A stretch of 64,000 nt of DNA from the sequence record MN871445.1. One strand, given 5' to 3'. A program made the translations under genes and the position numbers. Shown piece after piece: positions 8,611 through 18,254 of the stretch (the stretch's first letter is position 1; each line of letters begins with the position of its first letter). The notes under the pieces are model-generated. The model searched no databases and was not told where the DNA came from. It saw only the letters and a program-made list of their open reading frames with translations.

Positions 8611-10154
8611 TGCCGAGTATCGGACTTAACCTCCCTGAGGGGTATGAGTTAATCTCACGCCCTGTTGCTCAGGGTATTGCTCAGCGGGTGATATCACATC
8701 TGGGAATTCAAGATAAAGTCAGTATCCTGTTTCCTGGTGATGCTGAGGTAGCGGCTCAGGCCGGCAGTACATTGGGGGAACAGAAGGAAGGGGGTCCGAA
8801 TACACGCTTTGCCAGTACTCAAAGACTTCAAGTCAGCATGAATGAACAGGTTCTGGAGGGGGAGGTTTTAGCAACCCCAACTTGGCAAGTTAACCAACCC
8901 CCCATTTTCTCCGACCCTAAACTAGGCATCGCCATGAAACCTATCTACCATTTGGTGGAAGGGGTATTGTCTTTTACTTATCGTGCCGCTGACCAGACCA
9001 GTGCAGAACAATGGAAAAATAGACTGTTACGATATATTTCCCAAAACCGCGCTGAAATGTACCATGAAATTATTTATGCGTATACCATCCCAGGCCAGTT
9101 CATTACCATCTTGGCTGAAATTCACAAGTTGCGAGAACAAATCGCACCGTATGGCGATACCGTCATTGAATATCTGCGCAACCATTTCAGTGATAGAGTA
9201 GATGTTAAAACTAACATGGCTGGTAAGGGTGCTGCGTTTGCCGTGGATGAAATTCAGAAAGGTGTCATCGGTTGGTTTGATTGGACTATCCCACCAACCC
9301 CAGAAAAAACCAGTGAAGAAAGCACGTATACCGCTACCTTTGAGTTCCATTATCAATATCAGCAGGTTACTGGGGTACATCTGAAATATCCTATTATCGT
9401 ACACCAACAGCTTTTGCCCAGTAATTTACGTCCGTTGAATTTATCCTACGAACTTAATCGCAGCTTACCGACGTATATGTCTTTAGCTAAGCAGGAATAT
9501 CAGGCGGTTAAAAAGGAAACAGACGGCTATTATGCAACGCAGGAAGGTATCCGTTATCCTGATTTTGATGAATGGGCGCCAAATCACGTGATAGCCGATC
9601 AGATTCCATTACTGACCGTAATGTTGACTATTTCTGCGGATGACCCTCGATTTCTTTTGAACATCCAAGAACTATCCCATTGGAATTTTAATCCAGATAT
9701 TCTCGAGTTTCTGCTGGCTGAACCTAAATGGGCAACATTAACCAAATTTACCCCAGTCTTAATCACGCTGTATTGTGATGGCGACAAATGCGATGACCAG
9801 ATCGTACAGTTGGATGCTTCCGGCGATGTACGTACAACCATCGATTTGGACTTAAGGCGCCAATACCACATCGTCATTAGTGCGATGTCTGATTTATCAC
9901 AGTTGAATAAAAATAACACCGATCTTTTGCGACAATACCCTAAAGCCGCCATGGTTGTGCTGTATGCCTTAGAACCTCGTTTAGAATCTTGGGGTAAATT
10001 ACCAGAAGTATTGGGTGATAAGCTTGTATCTCGCGTGGGTTGGTTGGAAGCAATCAACGTCATTAAAACAACTTCCCCTATTTTCCGTACAGCAAAATAC
10101 TACTCACGTTTTACGGTGGGGTCTTACATCCTGGCTACAGCGGAGAAAAAATAA
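8610..10154 (+). CDS. Probable virion structural protein (phiKZ-like tail/baseplate block)
   Basis: 514 aa, TAATG-coupled to the upstream gene; position between inner-head genes and the hub-like gene. Confidence 0.55.
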   Translation: MPSIGLNLPEGYELISRPVAQGIAQRVISHLGIQDKVSILFPGDAEVAAQAGSTLGEQKEGGPNTRFASTQRLQVSMNEQVLEGEVLATPTWQVNQPPIFSDPKLGIAMKPIYHLVEGVLSFTYRAADQTSAEQWKNRLLRYISQNRAEMYHEIIYAYTIPGQFITILAEIHKLREQIAPYGDTVIEYLRNHFSDRVDVKTNMAGKGAAFAVDEIQKGVIGWFDWTIPPTPEKTSEESTYTATFEFHYQYQQVTGVHLKYPIIVHQQLLPSNLRPLNLSYELNRSLPTYMSLAKQEYQAVKKETDGYYATQEGIRYPDFDEWAPNHVIADQIPLLTVMLTISADDPRFLLNIQELSHWNFNPDILEFLLAEPKWATLTKFTPVLITLYCDGDKCDDQIVQLDASGDVRTTIDLDLRRQYHIVISAMSDLSQLNKNNTDLLRQYPKAAMVVLYALEPRLESWGKLPEVLGDKLVSRVGWLEAINVIKTTSPIFRTAKYYSRFTVGSYILATAEKK

Positions 10155-11546
10155 ATGGCCATCATTAACCCGAACGCAGATAACCCGGCGAGCGTCACAG
10201 TCAACCCCAACATCAAACCCAACGAATATCGTGGTGTGGTTGAATCTAACCGATATACCCCCGCACGTTCTTTGCTGACCCACATCAGCGGCTATCCCAT
10301 GGAAGTGGAGTATTATAGCCAATATTTGAACGTAGACAACGCGGTATCCGGCCAGCAAATTAATCGCATTTCTCCGGTACAACAATATCTGCGCATCAGA
10401 AAAATGGAGTTGATGGTATCAACCCCCATTAATCAGTCGCAGGACCAGACCTCCAGAGAAATGTCTGCGGTAGGTAATGCTACCACATATCCAGGCATCA
10501 TCCCTAATGACGGGGATATGTTTATTGCAGATGGCTTGGACGGTAATCGCTACCTGTATCAGATCCGAAATGTAGAACAGAAAACGATTTTAAAAGACAC
10601 CTGTTATACTTTTGAGTTCTTCATGATTGAAATATTGTCGACTCAACGTAACAGCGATCTTTTAACTAAAACCGTTAAAGACACTACGTTTGTCCGCGAT
10701 TTCGTTTATACCAATCAACGACCTTTATTGGTCGATGAAGAATATACCTTCGTATTAAAGGGACGTCAATTCATCAAAGATAGTCAGGATAGGTATCTAA
10801 AAGACTACCTCAATAAACGGTACCTTACGTTTATCATACCGGGACAAGAGTTGACTTCATACGACCCCTATTTGAGTAAAGCGGTTTATGCATTGCTTGA
10901 TGGTCGAGAACACTCAAGGAAAGCAGATATTCGCCTGCAGAACTGTGAGGGGGGATATGCTTACCCGATTGAAACTGTTTGGGATGGTATTTTAAATTGC
11001 AACGGTGATAGTCGGGATACTTGGGCAACCAAGATGGGCATGATTTACAGTAGCGACCTGGCCAACCAGCCGATGTACGGCAGCATTAAATATTCCGGTA
11101 TCTTCCAGTTCTATTCGCCATACGGACATCCAGATACAATTGCCACATTACCCGATGATTTTTATTTGCTGTATTACGGGATGGGTGAAATTACTGAAAC
11201 CACATTGCGGCCGCCCTATCGCCCTCTGTCCATTTCTGCTTTTGCTCCCGCTACGGATTTGGGTAATGTAGACCAAGTTGGCAATAACGTGGCCACTACA
11301 GCACCGACGTTGGTACGTCCTACGGGAAGCGATGATTATTATGTTTTCAGTGAAAACTTTTATCTCAAAACAACCAATCAAACGGTGCTTGAATCTCAGG
11401 TAAATGCGCTGTTGGATGGGATTACTTTAAACCGACCGCATCTGTTGCAGCTAATCAACGATTCCTATCGTTGGGGGCATTTAGATAGATTCTACTATCT
11501 TCCGGTATTATGGGTACTGATACGCAAAGCACTATTAGAGGTGTAA
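10155..11546 (+). CDS. Probable virion structural protein
   Basis: 463 aa, abuts the previous gene; N-terminal beta-rich segment (PNDGDMFIAD) resembles head-tail joining/baseplate folds. Confidence 0.55.
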   Translation: MAIINPNADNPASVTVNPNIKPNEYRGVVESNRYTPARSLLTHISGYPMEVEYYSQYLNVDNAVSGQQINRISPVQQYLRIRKMELMVSTPINQSQDQTSREMSAVGNATTYPGIIPNDGDMFIADGLDGNRYLYQIRNVEQKTILKDTCYTFEFFMIEILSTQRNSDLLTKTVKDTTFVRDFVYTNQRPLLVDEEYTFVLKGRQFIKDSQDRYLKDYLNKRYLTFIIPGQELTSYDPYLSKAVYALLDGREHSRKADIRLQNCEGGYAYPIETVWDGILNCNGDSRDTWATKMGMIYSSDLANQPMYGSIKYSGIFQFYSPYGHPDTIATLPDDFYLLYYGMGEITETTLRPPYRPLSISAFAPATDLGNVDQVGNNVATTAPTLVRPTGSDDYYVFSENFYLKTTNQTVLESQVNALLDGITLNRPHLLQLINDSYRWGHLDRFYYLPVLWVLIRKALLEV

Positions 11547-11547
11547 C

Positions 11548-12246
11548 ATGGCACGCATCACCGCTGAGGATTTGGTTAAGCCAATTCCAAAACACAAAGT
11601 AAAAGAATTCCTTAAAAAACAAATTGACGATATGTCACCAGTTGACCGTATCTTTCAATTAAAATTTAAGGTAAGTATTCCGGCAGCTTATCTCTATAAC
11701 GATGAAGATTTTGCGCGGGGCGTTCACGTCACTGGTGACCGAGAAAGGGATGCTCGTGCTGCCCAGGAAATTGAAACGTTATTCATGCCCATAGTGGCCA
11801 ACGATAAACCTCGACCACTGCCTTGCATTTTGTTATACCACAAACAAAACGTACCTGGTTTTAATTTGGTACATGCTGAGGATGTTCCCCGTGTTTATCA
11901 GATTATCGTTGATTATCTGGAGTTCCAATCCAGAAATTTGAATGAGAATTTAAATCTTCCGGAAGCAAAAAGGATTGAGCTATATAACGACCTGGAAGAT
12001 TTGAATAAACTCGCAGCATTTATTCATCCGAACGCCCACGCCACCGCTGTACCGAAACACCTCAATCCGGACAGCATTATTTCCAGGTTGCGCCTGAGAC
12101 CAAAAGTGGGTATCGGTGCAACCCAACGTGGCTACAGCAATGTCCCTACCTCATCGGAACCGCAGCCAATCCCGGAATATAAGGGACTAGACACCATGCT
12201 GGGTAGTCAGATACTGGAAAAATCAAAACGTTGGAAACAGGAGTAA
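11548..12246 (+). CDS. Hypothetical protein
   Basis: 232 aa, GAGGTG SD, operonic. Confidence 0.6.
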   Translation: MARITAEDLVKPIPKHKVKEFLKKQIDDMSPVDRIFQLKFKVSIPAAYLYNDEDFARGVHVTGDRERDARAAQEIETLFMPIVANDKPRPLPCILLYHKQNVPGFNLVHAEDVPRVYQIIVDYLEFQSRNLNENLNLPEAKRIELYNDLEDLNKLAAFIHPNAHATAVPKHLNPDSIISRLRLRPKVGIGATQRGYSNVPTSSEPQPIPEYKGLDTMLGSQILEKSKRWKQE

Positions 12247-12252
12247 TCCGCC

Positions 12253-13617
12253 ATGGCCTACACCGATACCGCGCTACAGGCCGATATAAAACGCGTTATT
12301 CATAGTAACAGCCAAGTGTACTCGACTTACACGATTGAGATACACTGTGGCACGTCTACAACGGTGATTACGCCATTAAAATTGTTGTCGATAGATACTT
12401 TGCACGACTATGAAAAAGGTTTTGCAGAGGAAAAACAGATTGAAGTCATTTTGGTTGAAAATGATTATCAGTCTTATATTTTCCCAAACAGGGATAATTT
12501 AAAGATAACCATTATTAGGTCTCCAATTGGTGTTGTTAGCGATAGCAAAAACTATAATGGCGTAAATACGGCTAAGACCTATAGGGCCACGTTAGTGGAC
12601 CCCTCACCGGCAAGGACCAACGAAGGTAAGGGGTTTGCTTCGGCTCAGGGGGATTATTCTAGCCAGATGATGATTTCAGTCAAATTTCAGTTGATTGATT
12701 TGGCCGTGGAACAGATGATGTTAACGAGCACTGGAGGTATCTTTAGAAACTCCACTCCAGGAAATACTCTGAAAGCCCTATTAACAACACTGTCACAAGG
12801 ACTGAAATTAGATGATGCGGATGCCGTGAAAGGAGTGAACATGGTTGACGCAGACAACATCAAACAAAGGACGCATCTGTTGGTTGACCAGGGGACCAAA
12901 CTGTATGATTTGGCCGATCATATCCATCAGAACTGCGGGGGGATTTATAACACTGGGGTAAGTTGTTATTACCATGCCAATTACTGGCATGTATTCCCGC
13001 CGTATGATGTCACCAGAATCAGTAAATCAACCAAAACCATGACCCTTATGTTGGTGCGTACGCCGGAGTTACCCGATTCAGATAGCACGTATTTACAGGA
13101 CGGAAATACCCTTTATGTAGTATCAAACGGTACTACGTTGCATATTGACCAGGTCGACCATCAAGCCGTGAATGCAGGTAATGGTGTCAGATATGCAAGG
13201 GCGACTGATTTGTTTGATAATTTTATTGATACCACCAAACAAGCAATGGCCACATCAACGGCAAATGTAATGAATGCGTTTATTACAAATAAACGAGATA
13301 GTGGTCTGAGTAACGCCCCGTTTTCCAAAAATAGAGTCACTGATAACGATTGTTTGGAATTATCAAAATTATCCCAAAGGCAAGGACAGCAAATCCAAGT
13401 CCAATGGGATAAGGCAGATCCGTCGTTGATTATTCCAGGCATGCCCGTTAAAGTGCTTTATGAATCGGAACGATTAGTTTATCAATTAGTAGGTACCATC
13501 CTCAACGTACAAAGTCAAGTACGTATGAATCAACCGGGTATGACGACCACCCGGTACGTCACTGGGGTTAGCATGACTTTATTCGTCACGGTAGACAAAA
13601 CCAGTACTGCCGCATAA
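12253..13617 (+). CDS. Probable baseplate hub-like virion protein
   Basis: 454 aa, beta-rich, C-terminal QVQWDKADPSLIIPGMPVKV resembles the end of T4 gp27-like hubs; assignment is inference. Confidence 0.5.
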   Translation: MAYTDTALQADIKRVIHSNSQVYSTYTIEIHCGTSTTVITPLKLLSIDTLHDYEKGFAEEKQIEVILVENDYQSYIFPNRDNLKITIIRSPIGVVSDSKNYNGVNTAKTYRATLVDPSPARTNEGKGFASAQGDYSSQMMISVKFQLIDLAVEQMMLTSTGGIFRNSTPGNTLKALLTTLSQGLKLDDADAVKGVNMVDADNIKQRTHLLVDQGTKLYDLADHIHQNCGGIYNTGVSCYYHANYWHVFPPYDVTRISKSTKTMTLMLVRTPELPDSDSTYLQDGNTLYVVSNGTTLHIDQVDHQAVNAGNGVRYARATDLFDNFIDTTKQAMATSTANVMNAFITNKRDSGLSNAPFSKNRVTDNDCLELSKLSQRQGQQIQVQWDKADPSLIIPGMPVKVLYESERLVYQLVGTILNVQSQVRMNQPGMTTTRYVTGVSMTLFVTVDKTSTAA

Positions 13618-13646
13618 TCGGGAGGGCGAAAGCCCTCCCTTTATGT
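13612..13646 (+). terminator. Intrinsic terminator, two-tier hairpin
   Basis: GGGAGGGC-GAAA-GCCCTCCC then TTTATGT; outer helix GCATAA/TTATGT. Confidence 0.9.
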
Positions 13647-13668
13647 CATTTTTATAAAACCATCAAAT

Positions 13669-13692
13669 AAAATAATTATAAACCTATATAAC
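13669..13692 (+). promoter_or_regulatory. Early (virion RNAP) promoter candidate
   Basis: AAAATAATTATAAACCTATATAAC aligns with 23994-24017 and 63349-63371; phiKZ early promoters carry an AT-rich tract plus TATTAC. A second TATATTAC lies at 13763-13770. Confidence 0.7.
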
Positions 13693-13700
13693 TTGGGTGA

Positions 13701-13794
13701 GTGGTACCTGATATGTTTCTTGAGTGGTAACAATGAAACATGAAACAAAAACCCTATGCACGTATATTACTTACTTAGGGTTTAAATGTACCAC
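13701..13794 (+). ncRNA. Candidate structured leader/small RNA (three-way junction)
   Basis: GTGGTAC/GTACCAC encloses ATGTTTC/GAAACAT and AAACCCTA/TAGGGTTT. Confidence 0.4.
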
Positions 13795-13831
13795 ATAAAT
13801 GTTCTTTTTTTAAATCTAAGAGGAATACATT

Positions 13832-14233
13832 ATGAAAGCCCAAGCCGTTCGCAATTCAGAAATCAAATCTCGCCGTGCTACCTGGTTGGCCATCCTGCTT
13901 ATCGCATTATTTGCGTTAATAACATCCACGGGATACGCCAAAGAAACGAACATCAAACCGGCATTCTCTAGCCTGAAGGCATTTCAATTGAAAGCCGATG
14001 ACCAAAAACTGACCGGAGCCCGTTTCGGTTGGTGCTTCCCAACGCCGAAAGATGGTGTGCAGTGTCAGACCGTTAATGGCGCTACGGTAACTGATCTTGG
14101 CCCGGGCGAAGTCGACGCTCAAGCAAACAGTAACGAATTAGGTGACGGCTCTACCGTATTTTCAGTAACCCTGTTACCAGAAACTGCGGTCAAAGAGATG
14201 AAAGCCATCTACGATTATACCTGGAGTCACTAA
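13832..14233 (+). CDS. Hypothetical exported protein
   Basis: Basic N-terminus, hydrophobic core, GYA cleavage site; AGAGGA SD. Confidence 0.7.
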   Translation: MKAQAVRNSEIKSRRATWLAILLIALFALITSTGYAKETNIKPAFSSLKAFQLKADDQKLTGARFGWCFPTPKDGVQCQTVNGATVTDLGPGEVDAQANSNELGDGSTVFSVTLLPETAVKEMKAIYDYTWSH

Positions 14234-14616
14234 TGTTAAAATTCCCGTTAGAGTTAATGGATTTACGTACTGTACGTAATACCGATGTATTCACATACGC
14301 TGATTTTGTTTTTGTCTCGTTATTAGACAAATGCCATTCACTCTACGGGACAAGTATCGAGCATCAAAATAAAAAAGATTTCAGCTACGTGGTGAGGACC
14401 GTAAAATTATTGTTCCGCGATTACCGGGTAGTGTGGGTGGATAAAAAAGATTCCCCGCATACCAGGGTAGCGACACTCCCCGAAACCACCAAAGCCGGAT
14501 ATTCCTTGGAATATTCACTGACTAACCACGGGGATGTTAGTTGGACAGTTAGATTAATTGATTCCCAAAAAATCATTTGTTCTGGGATATTTCCACCATG
14601 GGAGAAATTATGTTAG
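14233..14616 (+). CDS. Hypothetical protein, LPE-x3-AGY paralog family
   Basis: TAATG coupling; LPETTKAGY...W...KIICSG. Confidence 0.7.
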   Translation: MLKFPLELMDLRTVRNTDVFTYADFVFVSLLDKCHSLYGTSIEHQNKKDFSYVVRTVKLLFRDYRVVWVDKKDSPHTRVATLPETTKAGYSLEYSLTNHGDVSWTVRLIDSQKIICSGIFPPWEKLC

Positions 14617-15008
14617 ATTTTAAATTGGTACTTAAGCCGCTACAAGAATTAAAAACAACTAGCGCTATAGGGTATATCGATCATTACTTGATTTATGCCG
14701 CCGACTACTTAGGCGACGCCACTCGTCAACCTAATACCATGGATGCTTTGGCCGGTCATATTAAAGATACTATTTCAAGCATGATAAAAATCATGTGTTA
14801 TGACCAAACTATCGTGAAGGTACATAGCCACCGCTATTACCCTGACGGTAAATCAATTAACCTCCCCGAGTTAGCATTGGCCGGATATGAAATCCATTGG
14901 GTGGAATCAGGAATTTCCGTTAATGGGACATCGCCCGGTTTTCAATGGAAAATCATCAGAAGGGATTCAATGAAAATAGTTTGTGCTGGGAGTAGTCAAC
15001 TCCGGTAG
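14610..15008 (+). CDS. Hypothetical protein, LPE-x3-AGY paralog family
   Basis: ATG at 14610 after GGAG; LPELALAGY...W...KIVCAG. Confidence 0.7.
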   Translation: MLDFKLVLKPLQELKTTSAIGYIDHYLIYAADYLGDATRQPNTMDALAGHIKDTISSMIKIMCYDQTIVKVHSHRYYPDGKSINLPELALAGYEIHWVESGISVNGTSPGFQWKIIRRDSMKIVCAGSSQLR

Positions 15009-15062
15009 TTGGGTCCTTGGACCCAACTACCTATACCTTTATTTTTATTTTGAGGTGGTATT

Positions 15063-15452
15063 ATGAACAGTAATTTTCTTCCTGATAACATCGATGAATC
15101 TATGGGAATTACCGCCCAACAAGAAATAGAATTACTGGTGCTTCTTGATAAAAATACGGGATTGAACGGCTTATTTGAGGCATCTACTGATGACCTATCG
15201 ACTATTTTTACAAAAGCCACGGATTTATTATCGTCGGATCAAGTGTACTACAGGCCGTCCACAGCAAAGGTCGTTGACGGCATGATGGTATTATCCGTTA
15301 TGCTACCCGAATTGGAGCGCGCTGGATATACCGTTGAAATACGTAGCAAGGATTTTCGTCAATATCCTTGCTGTGTGCTGGCCAGGATAATCGCACCACA
15401 ACCATCTGGGTGTGAATTCGCCTGGGAATTTGAAATAAACCCCACGGAGTAG
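15063..15452 (+). CDS. Hypothetical protein, LPE-x3-AGY paralog family
   Basis: GAGGTGG SD; LPELERAGY. Confidence 0.7.
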   Translation: MNSNFLPDNIDESMGITAQQEIELLVLLDKNTGLNGLFEASTDDLSTIFTKATDLLSSDQVYYRPSTAKVVDGMMVLSVMLPELERAGYTVEIRSKDFRQYPCCVLARIIAPQPSGCEFAWEFEINPTE

Positions 15453-15461
15453 TTTACATAA

Positions 15462-15848
15462 ATGCGCTGGTTATTTTTAATTATATCAGTAATTATTTGT
15501 TCCAATGCCCCGGCTGAAGAAGTACGCGTCACAGACATCGTACTTTTTCCCGGTGCTCAAACCGCTATGATGCCAACTCTTTTTGACCTAAGGGAAGATT
15601 TGGTGTTGGACCCAGAAGACAGTCAGGGATACTGTTTGGGTATGCGGACGGGACATATGGGATGTTTTACGGTACGAGGCCGTTACCTCGGGGATAAGAA
15701 GGTCAGCGCATACTACAATGGTGACGACCATCACGTGTATGCCTTCGACCAGGTGCCGGTGCATTTGCGTCCGGTAGTTCAAAATGCATTCTTACGAGAG
15801 TGGGCGGTCGACCCCACTAAAGGATGGCTTGAAACTCAATCGCAGTAG
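15462..15848 (+). CDS. Hypothetical exported protein
   Basis: Signal peptide MRWLFLIISVIICSNAPA. Confidence 0.65.
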   Translation: MRWLFLIISVIICSNAPAEEVRVTDIVLFPGAQTAMMPTLFDLREDLVLDPEDSQGYCLGMRTGHMGCFTVRGRYLGDKKVSAYYNGDDHHVYAFDQVPVHLRPVVQNAFLREWAVDPTKGWLETQSQ

Positions 15849-15904
15849 TAATGCGAACCTACCATGCCGCGATAGTCACGCGTGCATTCGAGGAGAAAAT
15901 TTAA

Positions 15905-16699
15905 ATGACTACACACACGACATTCAAAACGATCGTAGTGTTAGCGATCGCAATGGTTATTGCAGGCATTTTTAGTTTATATGCCCCCAATACCAGCGCG
16001 TCACTATCCACCGCGGTACCTACTTATAATGCCGTAAAAATGCAGCCCGTACAGGCTAAACATAAATTACCCTTAGAAACTGCAACGGTTTCAAAGACAG
16101 TGGCTCTACGTTACACTACGCTCCCCAGGCCTAAGGTAAACGGTTTAGAGTCGCACAAAAATCTAATTGAATTAGTAGCAAAATACACCGGCGTACAATC
16201 TTCACTTCTCGCATCAACCGCAGGGATTGAATCAAGGTATATTAGCCACGCAAAAAATAAAGGCGGTTCATCCGCACAAGGGCTTTGTCAGTTTACTAAA
16301 TCGACCTGGCGAGCTACAGCAAAGAAATACGGCAAACAGTACGGGATAACCCCGAGCACCTCTCGGCTAGACCCTCGCGCTAATTTGCTGCTCTGTGCTG
16401 AGCACATCAAGGAAAATGACGTTTATTTGACGAAGGTACTTAAACGCCCAGCCAAACCATCTGAAATTTATATGGCCCATTTCTTAGGGAGTGGCGGTGC
16501 TGTGGCGTTGTTAAAAGCTAAACCAGGGTCCCGCGCAGACCACGCAACCCCGTCAGCTGCTCGTAATAATCCGCGTATGTTTTATGGTAAGAAAGGTAAC
16601 GCGTATACCGTGGCTGATTTCAAACGCACCATTAAAATCAAGGTGCAACGGGAGCAAAGTAATTTCGCCGCGCTCGTCAATATGACGCCAAGCGTATAA
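15905..16699 (+). CDS. Lytic transglycosylase (SLT/GH23-like) with N-terminal signal or anchor
   Basis: IES catalytic Glu motif, SSAQGLCQFTKSTW, YMAHFLGSGGA; hydrophobic N-terminus. Confidence 0.85.
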   Translation: MTTHTTFKTIVVLAIAMVIAGIFSLYAPNTSASLSTAVPTYNAVKMQPVQAKHKLPLETATVSKTVALRYTTLPRPKVNGLESHKNLIELVAKYTGVQSSLLASTAGIESRYISHAKNKGGSSAQGLCQFTKSTWRATAKKYGKQYGITPSTSRLDPRANLLLCAEHIKENDVYLTKVLKRPAKPSEIYMAHFLGSGGAVALLKAKPGSRADHATPSAARNNPRMFYGKKGNAYTVADFKRTIKIKVQREQSNFAALVNMTPSV

Positions 16700-16736
16700 A
16701 CCCACAGGGGAGAGCTGCAGCTCTCCCCTTTTATGC
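16694..16736 (+). terminator. Intrinsic terminator, two-tier hairpin
   Basis: AGGGGAGAGC-TGCA-GCTCTCCCCT then TTTATGC, pairing with GTATAAA. Confidence 0.9.
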
Positions 16737-16761
16737 CGTTGATAAACCACATGGTGATATC

Positions 16762-17493
16762 ATGACTGACCGTATTAAGTACAATGAAGAGACTGGAAAA
16801 GTGGAAGTAGACGCTGATGTCTGGGATATGATTGTGGAACAAATGCCGGGTAATTGTATCGTTGACGAAGTAAAAATGAAAAAGTTAGCGAAAAACCGTC
16901 ACACAGAAATGGCTAAATTGCTGGACATATCACCAAATCAGCCTTATAAATTCCGCGTATTTTCAGGAGTCAAGAATAAACTAACTTTATCATCCATATA
17001 CCCGGAGACCATCATTGCTCTAGTTCCAGTAAACGAATCCAAACATGAATTTAATATATCTAATTTGAAATCAATACTCAAATTAGAATTAAAGGAAATG
17101 TTGAGTCATAGCACAAAACCCGGATTAGCAATGTCTTTAGCCAATCTTATCGCGGGGAGGGCAAAAAATCCTACCCCAGCCACTGTATTCGAACTATCAA
17201 AGATATCGGGCTTTCCAACCCAAAAATTTATCATTACGCACTTACCCACTGATACCTCGGTGACAATGGCTAATATAAAGCAAATGGCCATTACTGAGAG
17301 GTCTACGATCTTAGCGGTAGTTTTACGTGAACTTCAGTTATCGCCCTCCAATTTGGCAAAAGTGACAGGAATAAATAACGGTAATATTTCTAAATGGGTA
17401 CGTCGAGGAAGAGTGCCGCGGTTAAATGCATACGTCGCCCTTTGCAAGTATTTCAACGTGCCGTTTGACTATTTTAGTGACTGGCTGGAATAA
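16762..17493 (+). CDS. Tandem XRE/Cro-C1 helix-turn-helix DNA-binding protein
   Basis: C-terminal LRELQLSPSNLAKVTGINNGNISKWVRRGRVPRLNAYVALCKYFNVPFDYF; a second degenerate HTH ends NPTPATVFELSKISGFPTQKF. Confidence 0.8.
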   Translation: MTDRIKYNEETGKVEVDADVWDMIVEQMPGNCIVDEVKMKKLAKNRHTEMAKLLDISPNQPYKFRVFSGVKNKLTLSSIYPETIIALVPVNESKHEFNISNLKSILKLELKEMLSHSTKPGLAMSLANLIAGRAKNPTPATVFELSKISGFPTQKFIITHLPTDTSVTMANIKQMAITERSTILAVVLRELQLSPSNLAKVTGINNGNISKWVRRGRVPRLNAYVALCKYFNVPFDYFSDWLE

Positions 17494-17555
17494 TAAAAAA
17501 TAGGTGATGAGTAATCGTCTGGGTCGATGTTTAACATACAACAAGAAGGTGTATT

Positions 17556-17891
17556 ATGTCAGATACTTCTCAGATTAACTCATTACTGGAATCGGATAAC
17601 ATAACCGCAGTTTGCTTTTACTCAAACCTGCACGGAAAAGTACAACTCACCCATACTTCAGTACCCTTAAAACAAGCCATGGAAGCAGTGGACGCCTCCA
17701 TGAATAACATTTATTGGTTGACCGTGTTAGGTGAGCGTACGATGCGCCCCTTTTACTACGGCACATTAAAAGGTAGATTGGTACTTATGGAAACAGCGCT
17801 TAAAAATACTCACTTCTTTTCAAAGTTCGTAGAAGACGAACCTCGTACGGCTTCCTGGCGTAAATCTGTCAGGGAGTCACTGATATGTTAG
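17556..17891 (+). CDS. Hypothetical protein
   Basis: GAAGGTG SD, 111 aa. Confidence 0.65.
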   Translation: MSDTSQINSLLESDNITAVCFYSNLHGKVQLTHTSVPLKQAMEAVDASMNNIYWLTVLGERTMRPFYYGTLKGRLVLMETALKNTHFFSKFVEDEPRTASWRKSVRESLIC

Positions 17892-18232
17892 ACTTCGACC
17901 TCGTACTCAAAACACCGACAAAATCAGAAATTTTGGCACACACTTTGGTTATCCAATTAGATGCGCTTCTTTCAGCGTATCGCTTTCCGTTGTGCCCCAA
18001 AGACTGCATGCCCGCCCTTTTCTTTCCTGAATCGGCATCGTTCACGTTATCAAACATTAAAACCACTATGTTGGATATGTTAGAAACCGGTGAACCCATC
18101 CCTACTGAATTTCTAAGTAGTTGTGGATATCGATTCGATTTAATGAAAACAAATAGTGATAATGGATGTTTCCCATCCATTGATGTCTGGGTTTACACAC
18201 CGAGAGGGCGTGTAACTTTAGAAATCATGTAA
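17885..18232 (+). CDS. Hypothetical protein, distant member of the 14233-15452 family
   Basis: Starts MLDFDLVLK (compare MLDFKLVLK at 14610); IPTEFLSSCGY; C-terminal SIDVWVYTPRG. Confidence 0.65.
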   Translation: MLDFDLVLKTPTKSEILAHTLVIQLDALLSAYRFPLCPKDCMPALFFPESASFTLSNIKTTMLDMLETGEPIPTEFLSSCGYRFDLMKTNSDNGCFPSIDVWVYTPRGRVTLEIM

Positions 18233-18254
18233 ATATTCGAACTGGAGTATAGCG

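Noticed and set aside
13701-13794. Three-way junction as tRNA or purine riboswitch
   Set aside because: No T-loop, D-loop or CCA, and junctions lack the purine-riboswitch consensus. No tRNA was found in any intergenic region.
16762-17493. HTH protein as a lysogeny repressor
   Set aside because: No integrase, att site or divergent cro arrangement; context is a lytic jumbo phage.
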